In this document: piece by piece, positions 7,676 to 15,971 of the stretch
Numbering within the stretch: position 1 is the stretch's first letter
Layout of the letters: every line of letters starts with the position of its first letter
From: an uncultured candidate division WWE3 bacterium
GTDB lineage: Bacteria > Patescibacteriota > WWE3 > UBA101185 > UBA10185
DNA length: 35,555 nt
Direction of reading: 5' to 3'
NCBI GenBank assembly: GCA_963765125.1
Contig: CAVXUZ010000004.1
Location: forward strand, 258,792-294,346
Made by a program: the position numbers and the translations under genes
Notes under the pieces: model-generated
Database searches by the model: none
The model's input: only the letters and a program-made list of their open reading frames with translations
Told to the model about the DNA's origin: nothing

Positions 7676-8611
7676 ATGCATAAAAGAATAACAAACCTAT
7701 TATTTTTAATATTATTGACAGTAATACTGTGGTTTTTGAACTATAACTATAGCAATTTAGACCTAAATGGGTTCTATTATTCTTCAATTACTTTAACAGT
7801 AGCTTATGCTTTCTTTTACATTGTTCTTGAGCGTTTAGTTGTAAAAAGACTTAAAGACTCAAAAACAAGATATAACGCAAGGAAGTCGTTGTCCTTTATT
7901 TATTTCATTGTTTCATTTATTGTTATTCTGAGAATTTGGATTCCAAATCCCCAGGCATTACTTGTTTCATATGGATTAATAGGTGCTGGTGTTGCTATCG
8001 CCTTGCAAGATTTTTTCAAAAATATAGTTGGGGGATTAACTATTTTATTTGGGAGTATTTATCGTGCGGGGGATAGAATTGAAATAAACAGCAAATATGG
8101 TGATGTTTTGGATGTAAGTTTGTTTTACACAACTTTACTTGAAATAAGAGAGTGGGTAGCAGGAGATCAAGCCACAGGAAGAATAATCACAGTTCCAAAT
8201 AGCTTTGTTCTATCAAGTCCTTTGCATAACTATACAAAAGACCATAGTTTTATTTGGGATGAAATCAAGTTGCCTGTTACATACGAAAGTGATTGGGAGA
8301 AGGCTATTAAACTTGTTTTGGAAATACTTAAAACTGAAACAGAAGAAGCTACTAGGCGAGCCGAAAAGGAGTTGACCTATTTTGATGAGAGATACTATTT
8401 GTCTAAAAGAAATGTAGAGCCAAGTGTTTATGTCCAGGCTACGGATAATTGGATAATGCTTAATATTAGATACATTACGGATGTGAGAGAAAGGCGTGTT
8501 ACAAACGACAAGCTAACGAGATTGATATTAAGAAGTTTTGATGAGCATAAAGACATTAAAGTTGCATCTAGCACCGTAGCAATTGTGGATTTCCCAAATC
8601 AGAATCAGTAA
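7676..8611 (+). CDS. mscS: Small-conductance mechanosensitive channel (MscS family)
   Basis: GAGVAIALQDFFKNIVGGL...YRAGDRIEI...GDV...TVPNS. Confidence 0.92.
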   Translation: MHKRITNLLFLILLTVILWFLNYNYSNLDLNGFYYSSITLTVAYAFFYIVLERLVVKRLKDSKTRYNARKSLSFIYFIVSFIVILRIWIPNPQALLVSYGLIGAGVAIALQDFFKNIVGGLTILFGSIYRAGDRIEINSKYGDVLDVSLFYTTLLEIREWVAGDQATGRIITVPNSFVLSSPLHNYTKDHSFIWDEIKLPVTYESDWEKAIKLVLEILKTETEEATRRAEKELTYFDERYYLSKRNVEPSVYVQATDNWIMLNIRYITDVRERRVTNDKLTRLILRSFDEHKDIKVASSTVAIVDFPNQNQ

Positions 8612-8622
8612 AAAATGCGTAT

Positions 8623-8934
8623 TTATTTACCGAGTTTGTTATCTAGAAATTCAATGTATTTCTGGCAGTAAGTAAATTCAGCAAAGTTACCCTCTTCTTT
8701 AAGTAGTAGTTGTTCGCATCTTACTTTTTCATTTTCCAAACCGTTTTTAAGTTGGTTATATTCATCTTTCTCGCTTTTCAATATTTCGTTTTCTCTTATA
8801 GCTGCATTTGCGGAACTTTGAAGTTTGATAAATTCGTTATACTTAAAATACACAAAACCACCTGCTGATATTGTTAGTAATACAATGAAGATGAAGAAAT
8901 ACAATTTTATTTTTGATTTTGGTTTTTCGTTCAT
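8623..8934 (-). CDS. Hypothetical membrane-anchored coiled-coil protein
   Basis: TM helix, coiled coil and two Cys; start reassigned to ATG 8934, 10 nt after TGGTAAAAT. Confidence 0.7.
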   Translation of the reverse strand: MNEKPKSKIKLYFFIFIVLLTISAGGFVYFKYNEFIKLQSSANAAIRENEILKSEKDEYNQLKNGLENEKVRCEQLLLKEEGNFAEFTYCQKYIEFLDNKLGK

Positions 8935-9036
8935 TTGCAGGTTAATTTTACCATAGTGTGTGTTTTGCATTATTGAGTATCCAAGGTGTATGAAGTCAGA
9001 ACTAATTTTATGTTGTAGTCATAGGGAAAACTTATT

Positions 9037-9111
9037 TGGCTCCTCCGGGTGGACTCGAACCACCAACCTACCGGTTAACAGCCGGGCGCTCTGCCATTGA
9101 GCTACAGAGGA
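9037..9111 (-). tRNA. tRNA-Asn (GUU)
   Basis: TCCTCTG...CTGTTAA...GGTGG-TTCGAGT-CCACC-CGGAGGA-G-CCA; full cloverleaf, 75 nt. Confidence 0.97.
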
Positions 9112-9174
9112 ATACGTCTTTTGTTAAGAACAGTGAAATCCTAGCATATTGAGTGTTTGTTGTGAACTACGTTT

Positions 9175-10080
9175 TTATTCTGTTTTTTCTACGACAGGCT
9201 GAGATTCTTCTATTTTTGCTTTTGGTTCAGTAGTACCCGTTATCTTTTTTATTACAAACCCTGCAAATGCTATATTCGCCGCTAAAAATAAGAACGGAAT
9301 TTCAAGCCTTGTTCCTATGATTGAGATTATAACTTCTGCTGTAAGTACGGGAGTCATTGTGTGAAGGGCGATTCTATAAAGTGCTTTTGAGTCTAGGTTT
9401 GTGTTTGTAGCCTTTAAAAAGATTTTAAGTAAGAACGCAACTAAGAATGCATAACCAAGCCTAAATAAGATGTAGTAAAAAGCTGTACCGACGAAGACGA
9501 AGAAGATGATTACAGCTGGAATAAATCTTGCGTAGTTTCTTAAGGAGTTCATAAATTCTACGAAATGGCCGTGGTTGATTTCTCCTTCAGGTATGGACTC
9601 AAGAGGGTACGCTTCGATTTTACCTTTCTCGTCGACGGTGATTATGTTTGTGTCGTTAACGAGTACGAGGGTATCTCTTTCTTTGAGGTCGTCGATTGTT
9701 CCGTTGTGATCAAAGACGACTAAGCTTGAAGGAAAATTCACAGGTTGGTTGTTTTCAGTTGTAGCATTCTTAAAGAATTCAGGTGTTCTTATTGCGTATG
9801 GCTCTGGTTGATTTACTTCCCATTTACCTTCTTTTGATTTGAGTACGAGTTCTTCTGGGTAAATTGCGCTTATTTCATCGAGGGCGTTGTTAACGACGAT
9901 GTTTACCTCAGGAATTAACGGTATAGCAATTGCTGTTGAGCTTATAACGGCGGCAAAGAGCCCAAGAAGTATAAAGTATTTTACCGAGAAGCTAGTTTTA
10001 GCTGCGGCAACGTCTTTATAGTAGTTAAAGTTTTTTATGCTGTTTATATATGTTCGGGCGAAGGTTTTTAGTTTTTGCAT
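9175..10080 (-). CDS. DUF1189-like membrane protein
   Basis: One N-terminal TM, a soluble domain and several C-terminal TMs with LYRIALHTMTP. Confidence 0.7.
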   Translation of the reverse strand: MQKLKTFARTYINSIKNFNYYKDVAAAKTSFSVKYFILLGLFAAVISSTAIAIPLIPEVNIVVNNALDEISAIYPEELVLKSKEGKWEVNQPEPYAIRTPEFFKNATTENNQPVNFPSSLVVFDHNGTIDDLKERDTLVLVNDTNIITVDEKGKIEAYPLESIPEGEINHGHFVEFMNSLRNYARFIPAVIIFFVFVGTAFYYILFRLGYAFLVAFLLKIFLKATNTNLDSKALYRIALHTMTPVLTAEVIISIIGTRLEIPFLFLAANIAFAGFVIKKITGTTEPKAKIEESQPVVEKTE

Positions 10081-10098
10081 CGTTAAAGTTTAGCAGAT

Positions 10099-10127
10099 TT
10101 GACAGGCGTGTACACATAGATTAGTAT
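10099..10127 (+). promoter_or_regulatory. suf operon promoter (probably leaderless transcript)
   Basis: TTGACA-17-TAGTAT, 7 nt before ATG 10135. Confidence 0.7.
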
Positions 10128-10134
10128 CAATACG

Positions 10135-10434
10135 ATGAAAAGTCAGACGTATTGTACAAACTGTTTTAAATCTCTTGGGGTTGATTCCCGTATGGAGATT
10201 TTTAGATTTTTAGCCGAAAAAAGACGCGCGTCGGTTACTGACGTTGTTGAGTTTATAGGCTTAACCCAGCCAACTGTTTCGTATCACTTAAACGAGATGA
10301 AAAAAAGTGGTCTTGTCGAGTCTTACAAAGTTGGTAAAGAGGTTTATTACAGCATAAACAGGATGTGCCCGCTTGAAGAAAGACTTTGTGTAGTTAAAAA
10401 CGTTAACGTAGAAAAAGACACTTATGCCCAATAA
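10135..10434 (+). CDS. ArsR/SmtB family regulator heading the suf operon
   Basis: FKSLGVDSRMEIF...LTQPTVSYHLNEMKKSGLV...GKEVYYSI; extra CxxC and Cx6C. Confidence 0.9.
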   Translation: MKSQTYCTNCFKSLGVDSRMEIFRFLAEKRRASVTDVVEFIGLTQPTVSYHLNEMKKSGLVESYKVGKEVYYSINRMCPLEERLCVVKNVNVEKDTYAQ

Positions 10435-11167
10435 TATTTTAGAAATTAAAGATTTAGAAGTTTCAGTTGAAAATAAAGAGATTATAAAAAAGCTTGATCT
10501 TGCGGTCGAAAGGGGCAAGGTGAGTGTGCTGATGGGGCCAAATGGATCTGGTAAAAGTACGCTCGCTCAGACTTTAATGGGGCACCCAAGTTATATTGTT
10601 ACAGCCGGTTTGGTGATGTTTGAAGGTAAAAATCTTCTCGAGATGTCACCTGATGAACGTTCACAGGCTGGATTATTCTTGTCATTTCAACATCCCAGCG
10701 AAATTACGGGAGTCACTATTTCAAGCTATTTACGAATGATCTACAACAAAAAGCATGGAACGCAGATTTCACCGGTTAAATTTAGAGAAATACTTAAACC
10801 CAAACTTGAGTTATTAAGCCTTAACGCCAGCTTTTTAAGCCGCTACCTAAACGATGGCTTTTCAGGTGGAGAGAAGAAACGAATGGAGATATTACAATTA
10901 ATGCTTCTTGAACCTAAACTCGCAATCTTAGATGAAACAGATAGTGGACTCGATATCGACGCAATTAAGACGGTTTCGAACGCAGTGGTTGAAATGACAA
11001 AGCAAAGTGGCATGACGGTGCTAATAATTACCCATTACACAAGAATTCTAAAGCATCTCAGCCCAGATAAAGTATTTATTATGCAAGACGGAAAGATTGT
11101 TGAAGAGGGCGATGAAAAATTGGCAGACCGACTTGAAGAACAAGGGTATGCACAGACGGGTGAGTAA
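10424..11167 (+). CDS. sufC: Fe-S assembly ATPase SufC
   Basis: [34 protein letters not shown]. Confidence 0.97.
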   Translation: MPNNILEIKDLEVSVENKEIIKKLDLAVERGKVSVLMGPNGSGKSTLAQTLMGHPSYIVTAGLVMFEGKNLLEMSPDERSQAGLFLSFQHPSEITGVTISSYLRMIYNKKHGTQISPVKFREILKPKLELLSLNASFLSRYLNDGFSGGEKKRMEILQLMLLEPKLAILDETDSGLDIDAIKTVSNAVVEMTKQSGMTVLIITHYTRILKHLSPDKVFIMQDGKIVEEGDEKLADRLEEQGYAQTGE

Positions 11168-11169
11168 GT

Positions 11170-12606
11170 ATGGGAAAGAAACAAGTCAGCGATAAGGTTG
11201 TTAAGAAAGCAAAAATCAGCCTAAATAATGATTACAAATCAAAATACGGTTTTAACGTAAAAGAAAATCACGTATTCACAACAAAAAAGGGTTTAAGCGC
11301 AGATGTTGTAAAACAAATCTCAGCTCACAAAGGCGAGCCTAAATGGATGCTGGATTTCCGTTTAAGATCTTTAGAAATATTCTTGAAAAAGGCTACACCG
11401 ACTTGGGGAGGAGATCTTTCAGGAATCGATTACGACGAAATCTTTTACTATCTTCAACCAACAGAAAGTGAAAAAAGAAATTGGAATGATGTTCCTGCAG
11501 AAATGAAAGAAACCTTTGAACGCTTAGGTATTCCACAAGCTGAAAGACAGCACTTGGCAGGGGTGAAAGCCCAATTCGACAGCGAGGTTATTTACGACTC
11601 ACTCAAAAAAGAACTCGCTGCTGACGGAGTAGTATTTTTAAGCACAGACCAAGCTCTAAAGCAGTATCCCCAGTTTTTTGAGCAATACTTTGGAAAGATA
11701 ATTCCACCTGAAGATAACAAGTTTGCAGCCCTTAACAGCGCGGTTTGGAGCGGCGGTTCGTTTGTTTATATCCCCAAAGGCGTGACCGTAAAACGCCCTT
11801 TGCAGGCATATTTTAGAATAAACGCAGTTAATATGGGTCAGTTCGAAAGAACGCTAATAATAGCCGACGAGGGGAGCTACGCGCACTACGTAGAGGGGTG
11901 TACCGCCCCAGTTTACTCAAAAGACTCGCTTCACGCAGCCGTCGTTGAGGTTATAGTCAAGCCTGGCGCGAGATTCCGCTATACGACAATCCAAAACTGG
12001 TCAAACGACGTTTACAACCTTGTTACAAAGCGCGCCCACGTAGAAAAAGACGCTGTGATGGAGTGGGTTGACGGTAACCTTGGTTCAAAGCTGACTATGA
12101 AATATCCATCATGTTTTTTGGTTGGTGAAAGGGCACATGGAGAGGTTTTATCGATAGCTTACGCAGGTAAAAACCAGCATCAAGACGCCGGAGCAAAAAT
12201 GGTTCACGTTGCTCCAAACACTACTTCAACAATAATTTCTAAATCAATCAGCACAAACGGTGGAAGAACAAGTTATCGCGGAATGGTTTCAGTTTCTCCT
12301 TTTGCACATAATGTAAAAAACCGCGTGGAATGTGACGCACTAATTTTAGACAGCGAATCTGCGTCAGATACATTTCCTACCATGGATATTAAAAACAATT
12401 CCGCCCATATTGAACACGAGGCGTCTGTAAGTAAAATCGGTGAAGAAAAACTTTTTTATTTAATGAGCCGTGGACTAACCGAACCAGAAGCAATGGCATT
12501 AATCGTTTCTGGATTTATCGAACCAATTGTTAAAGAGCTTCCTTTAGAGTATGCGGTGGAGCTAAACAGGCTGATAGAGTTAGAGATGGAAGGGAGTGTT
12601 GGCTAG
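11170..12606 (+). CDS. sufB: Fe-S assembly protein SufB
   Basis: [42 protein letters not shown]-terminus. Confidence 0.98.
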   Translation: MGKKQVSDKVVKKAKISLNNDYKSKYGFNVKENHVFTTKKGLSADVVKQISAHKGEPKWMLDFRLRSLEIFLKKATPTWGGDLSGIDYDEIFYYLQPTESEKRNWNDVPAEMKETFERLGIPQAERQHLAGVKAQFDSEVIYDSLKKELAADGVVFLSTDQALKQYPQFFEQYFGKIIPPEDNKFAALNSAVWSGGSFVYIPKGVTVKRPLQAYFRINAVNMGQFERTLIIADEGSYAHYVEGCTAPVYSKDSLHAAVVEVIVKPGARFRYTTIQNWSNDVYNLVTKRAHVEKDAVMEWVDGNLGSKLTMKYPSCFLVGERAHGEVLSIAYAGKNQHQDAGAKMVHVAPNTTSTIISKSISTNGGRTSYRGMVSVSPFAHNVKNRVECDALILDSESASDTFPTMDIKNNSAHIEHEASVSKIGEEKLFYLMSRGLTEPEAMALIVSGFIEPIVKELPLEYAVELNRLIELEMEGSVG

Positions 12607-12609
12607 GTT

Positions 12610-13191
12610 ATGAAAAACGAAATAATAATTCCAACCGAAGAAACAGTAATTAGTGTAAAAGAAAGTACACGATTTATTTTAGACCTTAGTGACGTACAAA
12701 AAGCTGTGGTGCATTTAAAATTCGAAACCCCCGAGGTTGAAGCAGAGATAATTGCACTTTATAAACTCGATACCACCCAAAAGCTAGATTTAACAACAAT
12801 TGCACATCACACATCTCCACGAACTAAGTGTATGACCGAAGTCCGAGGTGTTTTACTTGGCGGTAGTACTTCAAACTATGTTGGAAAAATTATCATAGAA
12901 AAAACTGCTCAACAGACCGTTTCATATTTAGATGACAAGGTACTATCGATTGGTGAAGGTACAAAAAATTCTTCGCAACCAATCTTGCAGATCGACGCCG
13001 ACGATGTGAAGGCTTCGCATGGAGCAACCACAGGAAATGTAGACCCTGAACAGCTATACTATTTGCAGTCACGAGGTTTACCTTATAGCGAAGCCCAAGA
13101 ACTTTTAGTTAGGGGATTTTTCGAAGAAGTAATCGCGCAAACAGAAGATGAAGTAATCAAAGAAATCATTTGGAGTAAATTAAAGTTATAA
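12610..13191 (+). CDS. sufD: SufD-like protein (short form)
   Basis: PILQIDADDVKASHGATTG...QLYYLQSRG; only 193 aa. Confidence 0.88.
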   Translation: MKNEIIIPTEETVISVKESTRFILDLSDVQKAVVHLKFETPEVEAEIIALYKLDTTQKLDLTTIAHHTSPRTKCMTEVRGVLLGGSTSNYVGKIIIEKTAQQTVSYLDDKVLSIGEGTKNSSQPILQIDADDVKASHGATTGNVDPEQLYYLQSRGLPYSEAQELLVRGFFEEVIAQTEDEVIKEIIWSKLKL

Positions 13192-13199
13192 TAAAAAAT

Positions 13200-14426
13200 A
13201 TGTTAGACAGCGCAAAAATAATTAAAGACTTTCCAATACTTGCCCGCGATATAAACGGTAAAAGACTTGCTTACCTTGATAATGCGGCATCGAGTCAAAA
13301 GCCGCTCAAAGTAATTGAGGCTATCAGTAATTTTTATAAAACAAACAACGCTAACGTTCACCGTGGAATACATACGCTCAGTGAAGAATCTTCAGAGCTT
13401 TATGAAAACGCAAGAAAGACTGTGTCAGAGTTTATAGGTGCAGCCCGTCCAAAAGAGGTGATTTTTACTTCAGGTACAACAGATTCTATAAACCTAGTTG
13501 CTGAAGCTTGGGCAGTTCACAATTTATCAAATGAGGACAAAATTTTGATTACTAACGCGGAACACCACAGCAATTTGGTACCTTGGCAAAGAGTTTCAAA
13601 GAAAACAGGGGCAGAATTGAAGTTTATCGACTACTCAGACGGTGAGCAAGATGGGTATATGGCGCGACTAAAGCAAGAAATGGTAAAAGGAGTAAAACTA
13701 GTGGTAACTAACCACGCGAGCAACGTCACAGGTGCAATTACGCAGATAAAAGAGGTTACAAAACTAGCAAAAACAGTTGGAGCGTTGGTCGTAGTCGACG
13801 GTGCACAGGCAGCCCCGCATTTAAAAATTAACGTTCAAAGCATGGATTGTGATTTCTACGCATTTTCTGGCCACAAAATGTTAGGACCCACCGGCGTAGG
13901 TGTCTTATGGGCAAGACAAGAACTATTAGAAAAGATGGAACCATATCGAGTAGGTGGTGGAATGATTTACAGAGTTTCTGAACAAGACGCCACTTGGGCA
14001 TACATACCAGATAAATTTGAAGCCGGTACGCCAAACATTGCAGGCGCTGTAGGGCTAGCTGCTGCGGTAGACTATCTAACCGAAATCGGTATGGATAACG
14101 TTCGAGAGCACGAGCTACATATAACCAAATATGCAATAAAGAGACTTCAAGAAATATCTGGTTTGCGTATTCTCGGCCCCCAAGATCCACGAAATCGTAC
14201 AGGCGTAATCTCATTTGTAATTGAGGGGATTCACCCACACGATTTAGCCTCAATTTTAAACACCGAGGGAGTCGCAGTTCGTTCAGGCCAGCACTGTGCG
14301 ATGCCTCTACACGACAAACTTGGTATTCCAGCTTCAACAAGAGCAAGTTTTTATATTTACAACAACGAAGCTGATGTGGACGCGCTAATTGAAGGTATTA
14401 ACAACGCGTTACAAATATTAAAATAA
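13200..14426 (+). CDS. sufS: Cysteine desulfurase SufS
   Basis: YLDNAASSQKP, SGHKMLGPTG (PLP Lys), RSGQHCA (group II). Confidence 0.97.
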   Translation: MLDSAKIIKDFPILARDINGKRLAYLDNAASSQKPLKVIEAISNFYKTNNANVHRGIHTLSEESSELYENARKTVSEFIGAARPKEVIFTSGTTDSINLVAEAWAVHNLSNEDKILITNAEHHSNLVPWQRVSKKTGAELKFIDYSDGEQDGYMARLKQEMVKGVKLVVTNHASNVTGAITQIKEVTKLAKTVGALVVVDGAQAAPHLKINVQSMDCDFYAFSGHKMLGPTGVGVLWARQELLEKMEPYRVGGGMIYRVSEQDATWAYIPDKFEAGTPNIAGAVGLAAAVDYLTEIGMDNVREHELHITKYAIKRLQEISGLRILGPQDPRNRTGVISFVIEGIHPHDLASILNTEGVAVRSGQHCAMPLHDKLGIPASTRASFYIYNNEADVDALIEGINNALQILK

Positions 14427-14430
14427 TATT

Positions 14431-14802
14431 ATGGATGATATTTATCGCGAACAATTAATGGATCATTATAAAAACCCTCAAAACAGGGGACATATGGATG
14501 GTTCAACAAAAGAGCAGACAAAAAATAATCCTTTCTGCGGGGATGTAATCAAAATGCAGATAAAAATTGCTGATGGTAAAATTGAAGACATTAAATTTGA
14601 CGGCGCTGCGTGCGCGGTAAGTGTGGCTTCAGCATCAGTGTTAACTGGGTTGGTGAAGGGCAAGTCAATAGAAGACGCCAAAAAAATCACCAAACAAAAA
14701 CTTGTCGAAACATTAGGAGTTGAACTTACAACGAGTAGAATGAAGTGCGCGGAATTGCCGCTTGAAACACTGCATAGTATGCTAGAAGGTCTTGAAGAAT
14801 AA
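14431..14802 (+). CDS. sufU: SufU/NifU-N type scaffold or sulfur acceptor
   Basis: DHYKNPQN, NPFCGD, ACAVSVAS, SRMKCA. Confidence 0.9.
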   Translation: MDDIYREQLMDHYKNPQNRGHMDGSTKEQTKNNPFCGDVIKMQIKIADGKIEDIKFDGAACAVSVASASVLTGLVKGKSIEDAKKITKQKLVETLGVELTTSRMKCAELPLETLHSMLEGLEE

Positions 14803-14803
14803 T

Positions 14804-15022
14804 ATGTCAAAAAAAATAACAAAAGACATGAATCTTGCCGAAGTAATATTTAAATACCCCGATGCAGCTGAAGTATTTACTGACTATGGTATGCACTGCG
14901 TTGGATGTTTTGCCAGTAGTTTTGACACGATAGAGGCTGGGGCAAAAGTTCACGGATTTACCGACAAAGAAATTGACGAAATGGTAGAAAGAGTAAACGA
15001 GGTCGCAGAATTTGATGAGTAA
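14804..15022 (+). CDS. DUF1858 domain protein
   Basis: ITKDM...KYPDAAEVFTDYGMHCVGC...DTIEAGAKVHG; ATG 14804. Confidence 0.85.
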   Translation: MSKKITKDMNLAEVIFKYPDAAEVFTDYGMHCVGCFASSFDTIEAGAKVHGFTDKEIDEMVERVNEVAEFDE

Positions 15023-15251
15023 CAAAAGAATACACAAAATAGTTATTGATAGAGACGGTTGCATTGGTGCCGCAACTTGTATCTTCGAAGCCCCCGAAGC
15101 ATTCAAATTAGATTCAGAAAACGTTGCAGTTTTAGTAGACGGGGCAGAAAAAGTAGATGACGACAAGCTTTTAATTGCTGCCCAATCCTGCCCAACTCAG
15201 GCCATCATTTTATATGATAAGGACGGGGTACAAATCTTTCCTCAAAGGTAA
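15015..15251 (+). CDS. Single-cluster ferredoxin, probably [3Fe-4S]
   Basis: CIGAATC...CPTQAI (second Cys replaced by Ala). Confidence 0.9.
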   Translation: MSNKRIHKIVIDRDGCIGAATCIFEAPEAFKLDSENVAVLVDGAEKVDDDKLLIAAQSCPTQAIILYDKDGVQIFPQR

Positions 15252-15273
15252 AATCATTTGTTAGAATACACAT

Positions 15274-15660
15274 ATGAAATATCAAATAACTTCAGATAAC
15301 ATAGATCTCTCTAATAGTATGAAAGTTCTCGCGACGGAGAAATTTGAGAAAATTGAACATAGGCTTACGGCCAAAGAAAAAGAAACCGCGCTCGCTAGAA
15401 TCGTACTAAATAAAAGTGGAGCAGAAGGTGAATTTGAAGTAAAAGGTGAACTTAGCTACAACGGCAAAACTTACTTTGCTACAGAGACAAACCTTCATCT
15501 CGAAACAGCACTTATAGGGGTTGTAAACGAACTTGAGAGAATGAGAAGAAAAGATGATATTTCTTATTACGATGATTGGAACGAACAGCGAGAAAAGAAA
15601 AGAGAACTCGGCGAAGCGTTAATGGAAGATGACCTAGCAGATTCTGACTTGGTAGAGTAA
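15274..15660 (+). CDS. hpf: Ribosome hibernation factor HPF/RaiA (S30EA) family
   Basis: YQITSDNIDLSNSMK...EKFEKIE...ATETNLHLETALIGVVNELER. Confidence 0.75.
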   Translation: MKYQITSDNIDLSNSMKVLATEKFEKIEHRLTAKEKETALARIVLNKSGAEGEFEVKGELSYNGKTYFATETNLHLETALIGVVNELERMRRKDDISYYDDWNEQREKKRELGEALMEDDLADSDLVE

Positions 15661-15691
15661 TATATTTTTTACTTTGGAAGTTAGCGCGGAG

Positions 15692-15922
15692 ATTTGTGGA
15701 GTGAGGGTGAATAGCTCAGTTGGTAGAACAGACGTCTTTAGATCGACGAAGTCGAGCGCAAGTGAGTTATAGTTTGAAAAGTAATTTGTGGAGTGAGGGT
15801 GAATAGCTCAGTTGGTAGAGCAGACGTCTTTAGATCGACGAAGTCGAGCGCAAGTGAGTTATAGTTTGAAAAGTAATTTGTGGAGTGAGGGTGAATAGCT
15901 CAGTTGGTAGAGCAGACGTCTT
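15692..15922 (+). repeat. 92-bp tandem repeat (2.5 units) containing tRNA-Ile 5' halves
   Basis: Units start at 15692, 15784 and 15876; tRNA nt 1-34 at 15705-15738 and 15797-15830; one substitution in copy 1. Confidence 0.95.
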
Positions 15923-15964
15923 ATACACGTCCGGTCCCTGGTTCGAGCCCAGGTTCACCCACCA
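15889..15964 (+). tRNA. tRNA-Ile (UAU)
   Basis: GGGTGAA-TA-GCTC-AGTTGGTA-GAGC-A-GACGT-CTTATAC-ACGTC-CGGTC-CCTGG-TTCGAGC-CCAGG-TTCACCC-A-CCA. Confidence 0.93.
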
Positions 15965-15971
15965 TTATAAA

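Larger units (their letters stand above)
3150..9039 (-). mobile_element. tRNA-Asn-anchored island / cassette array without an integrase gene
   Basis: Six TGGCT(C/T) cores matching the tRNA-Asn 3' end at 3652, 4360, 4519, 5309, 5838 and 5998; the 4360 copy matches the tRNA over TTGGCTCCTCCGG. Repeated flanking arms and heterogeneous cargo. Left boundary approximate. Confidence 0.7.

Noticed and set aside
15692-15922. CRISPR array
   Set aside because: The intervening segments are identical rather than unique spacers, the repeat is a tRNA half, and no cas genes are present.
15885-15971. N-terminal extension of the 214-aa ORF
   Set aside because: It overlaps a complete tRNA on the same strand.
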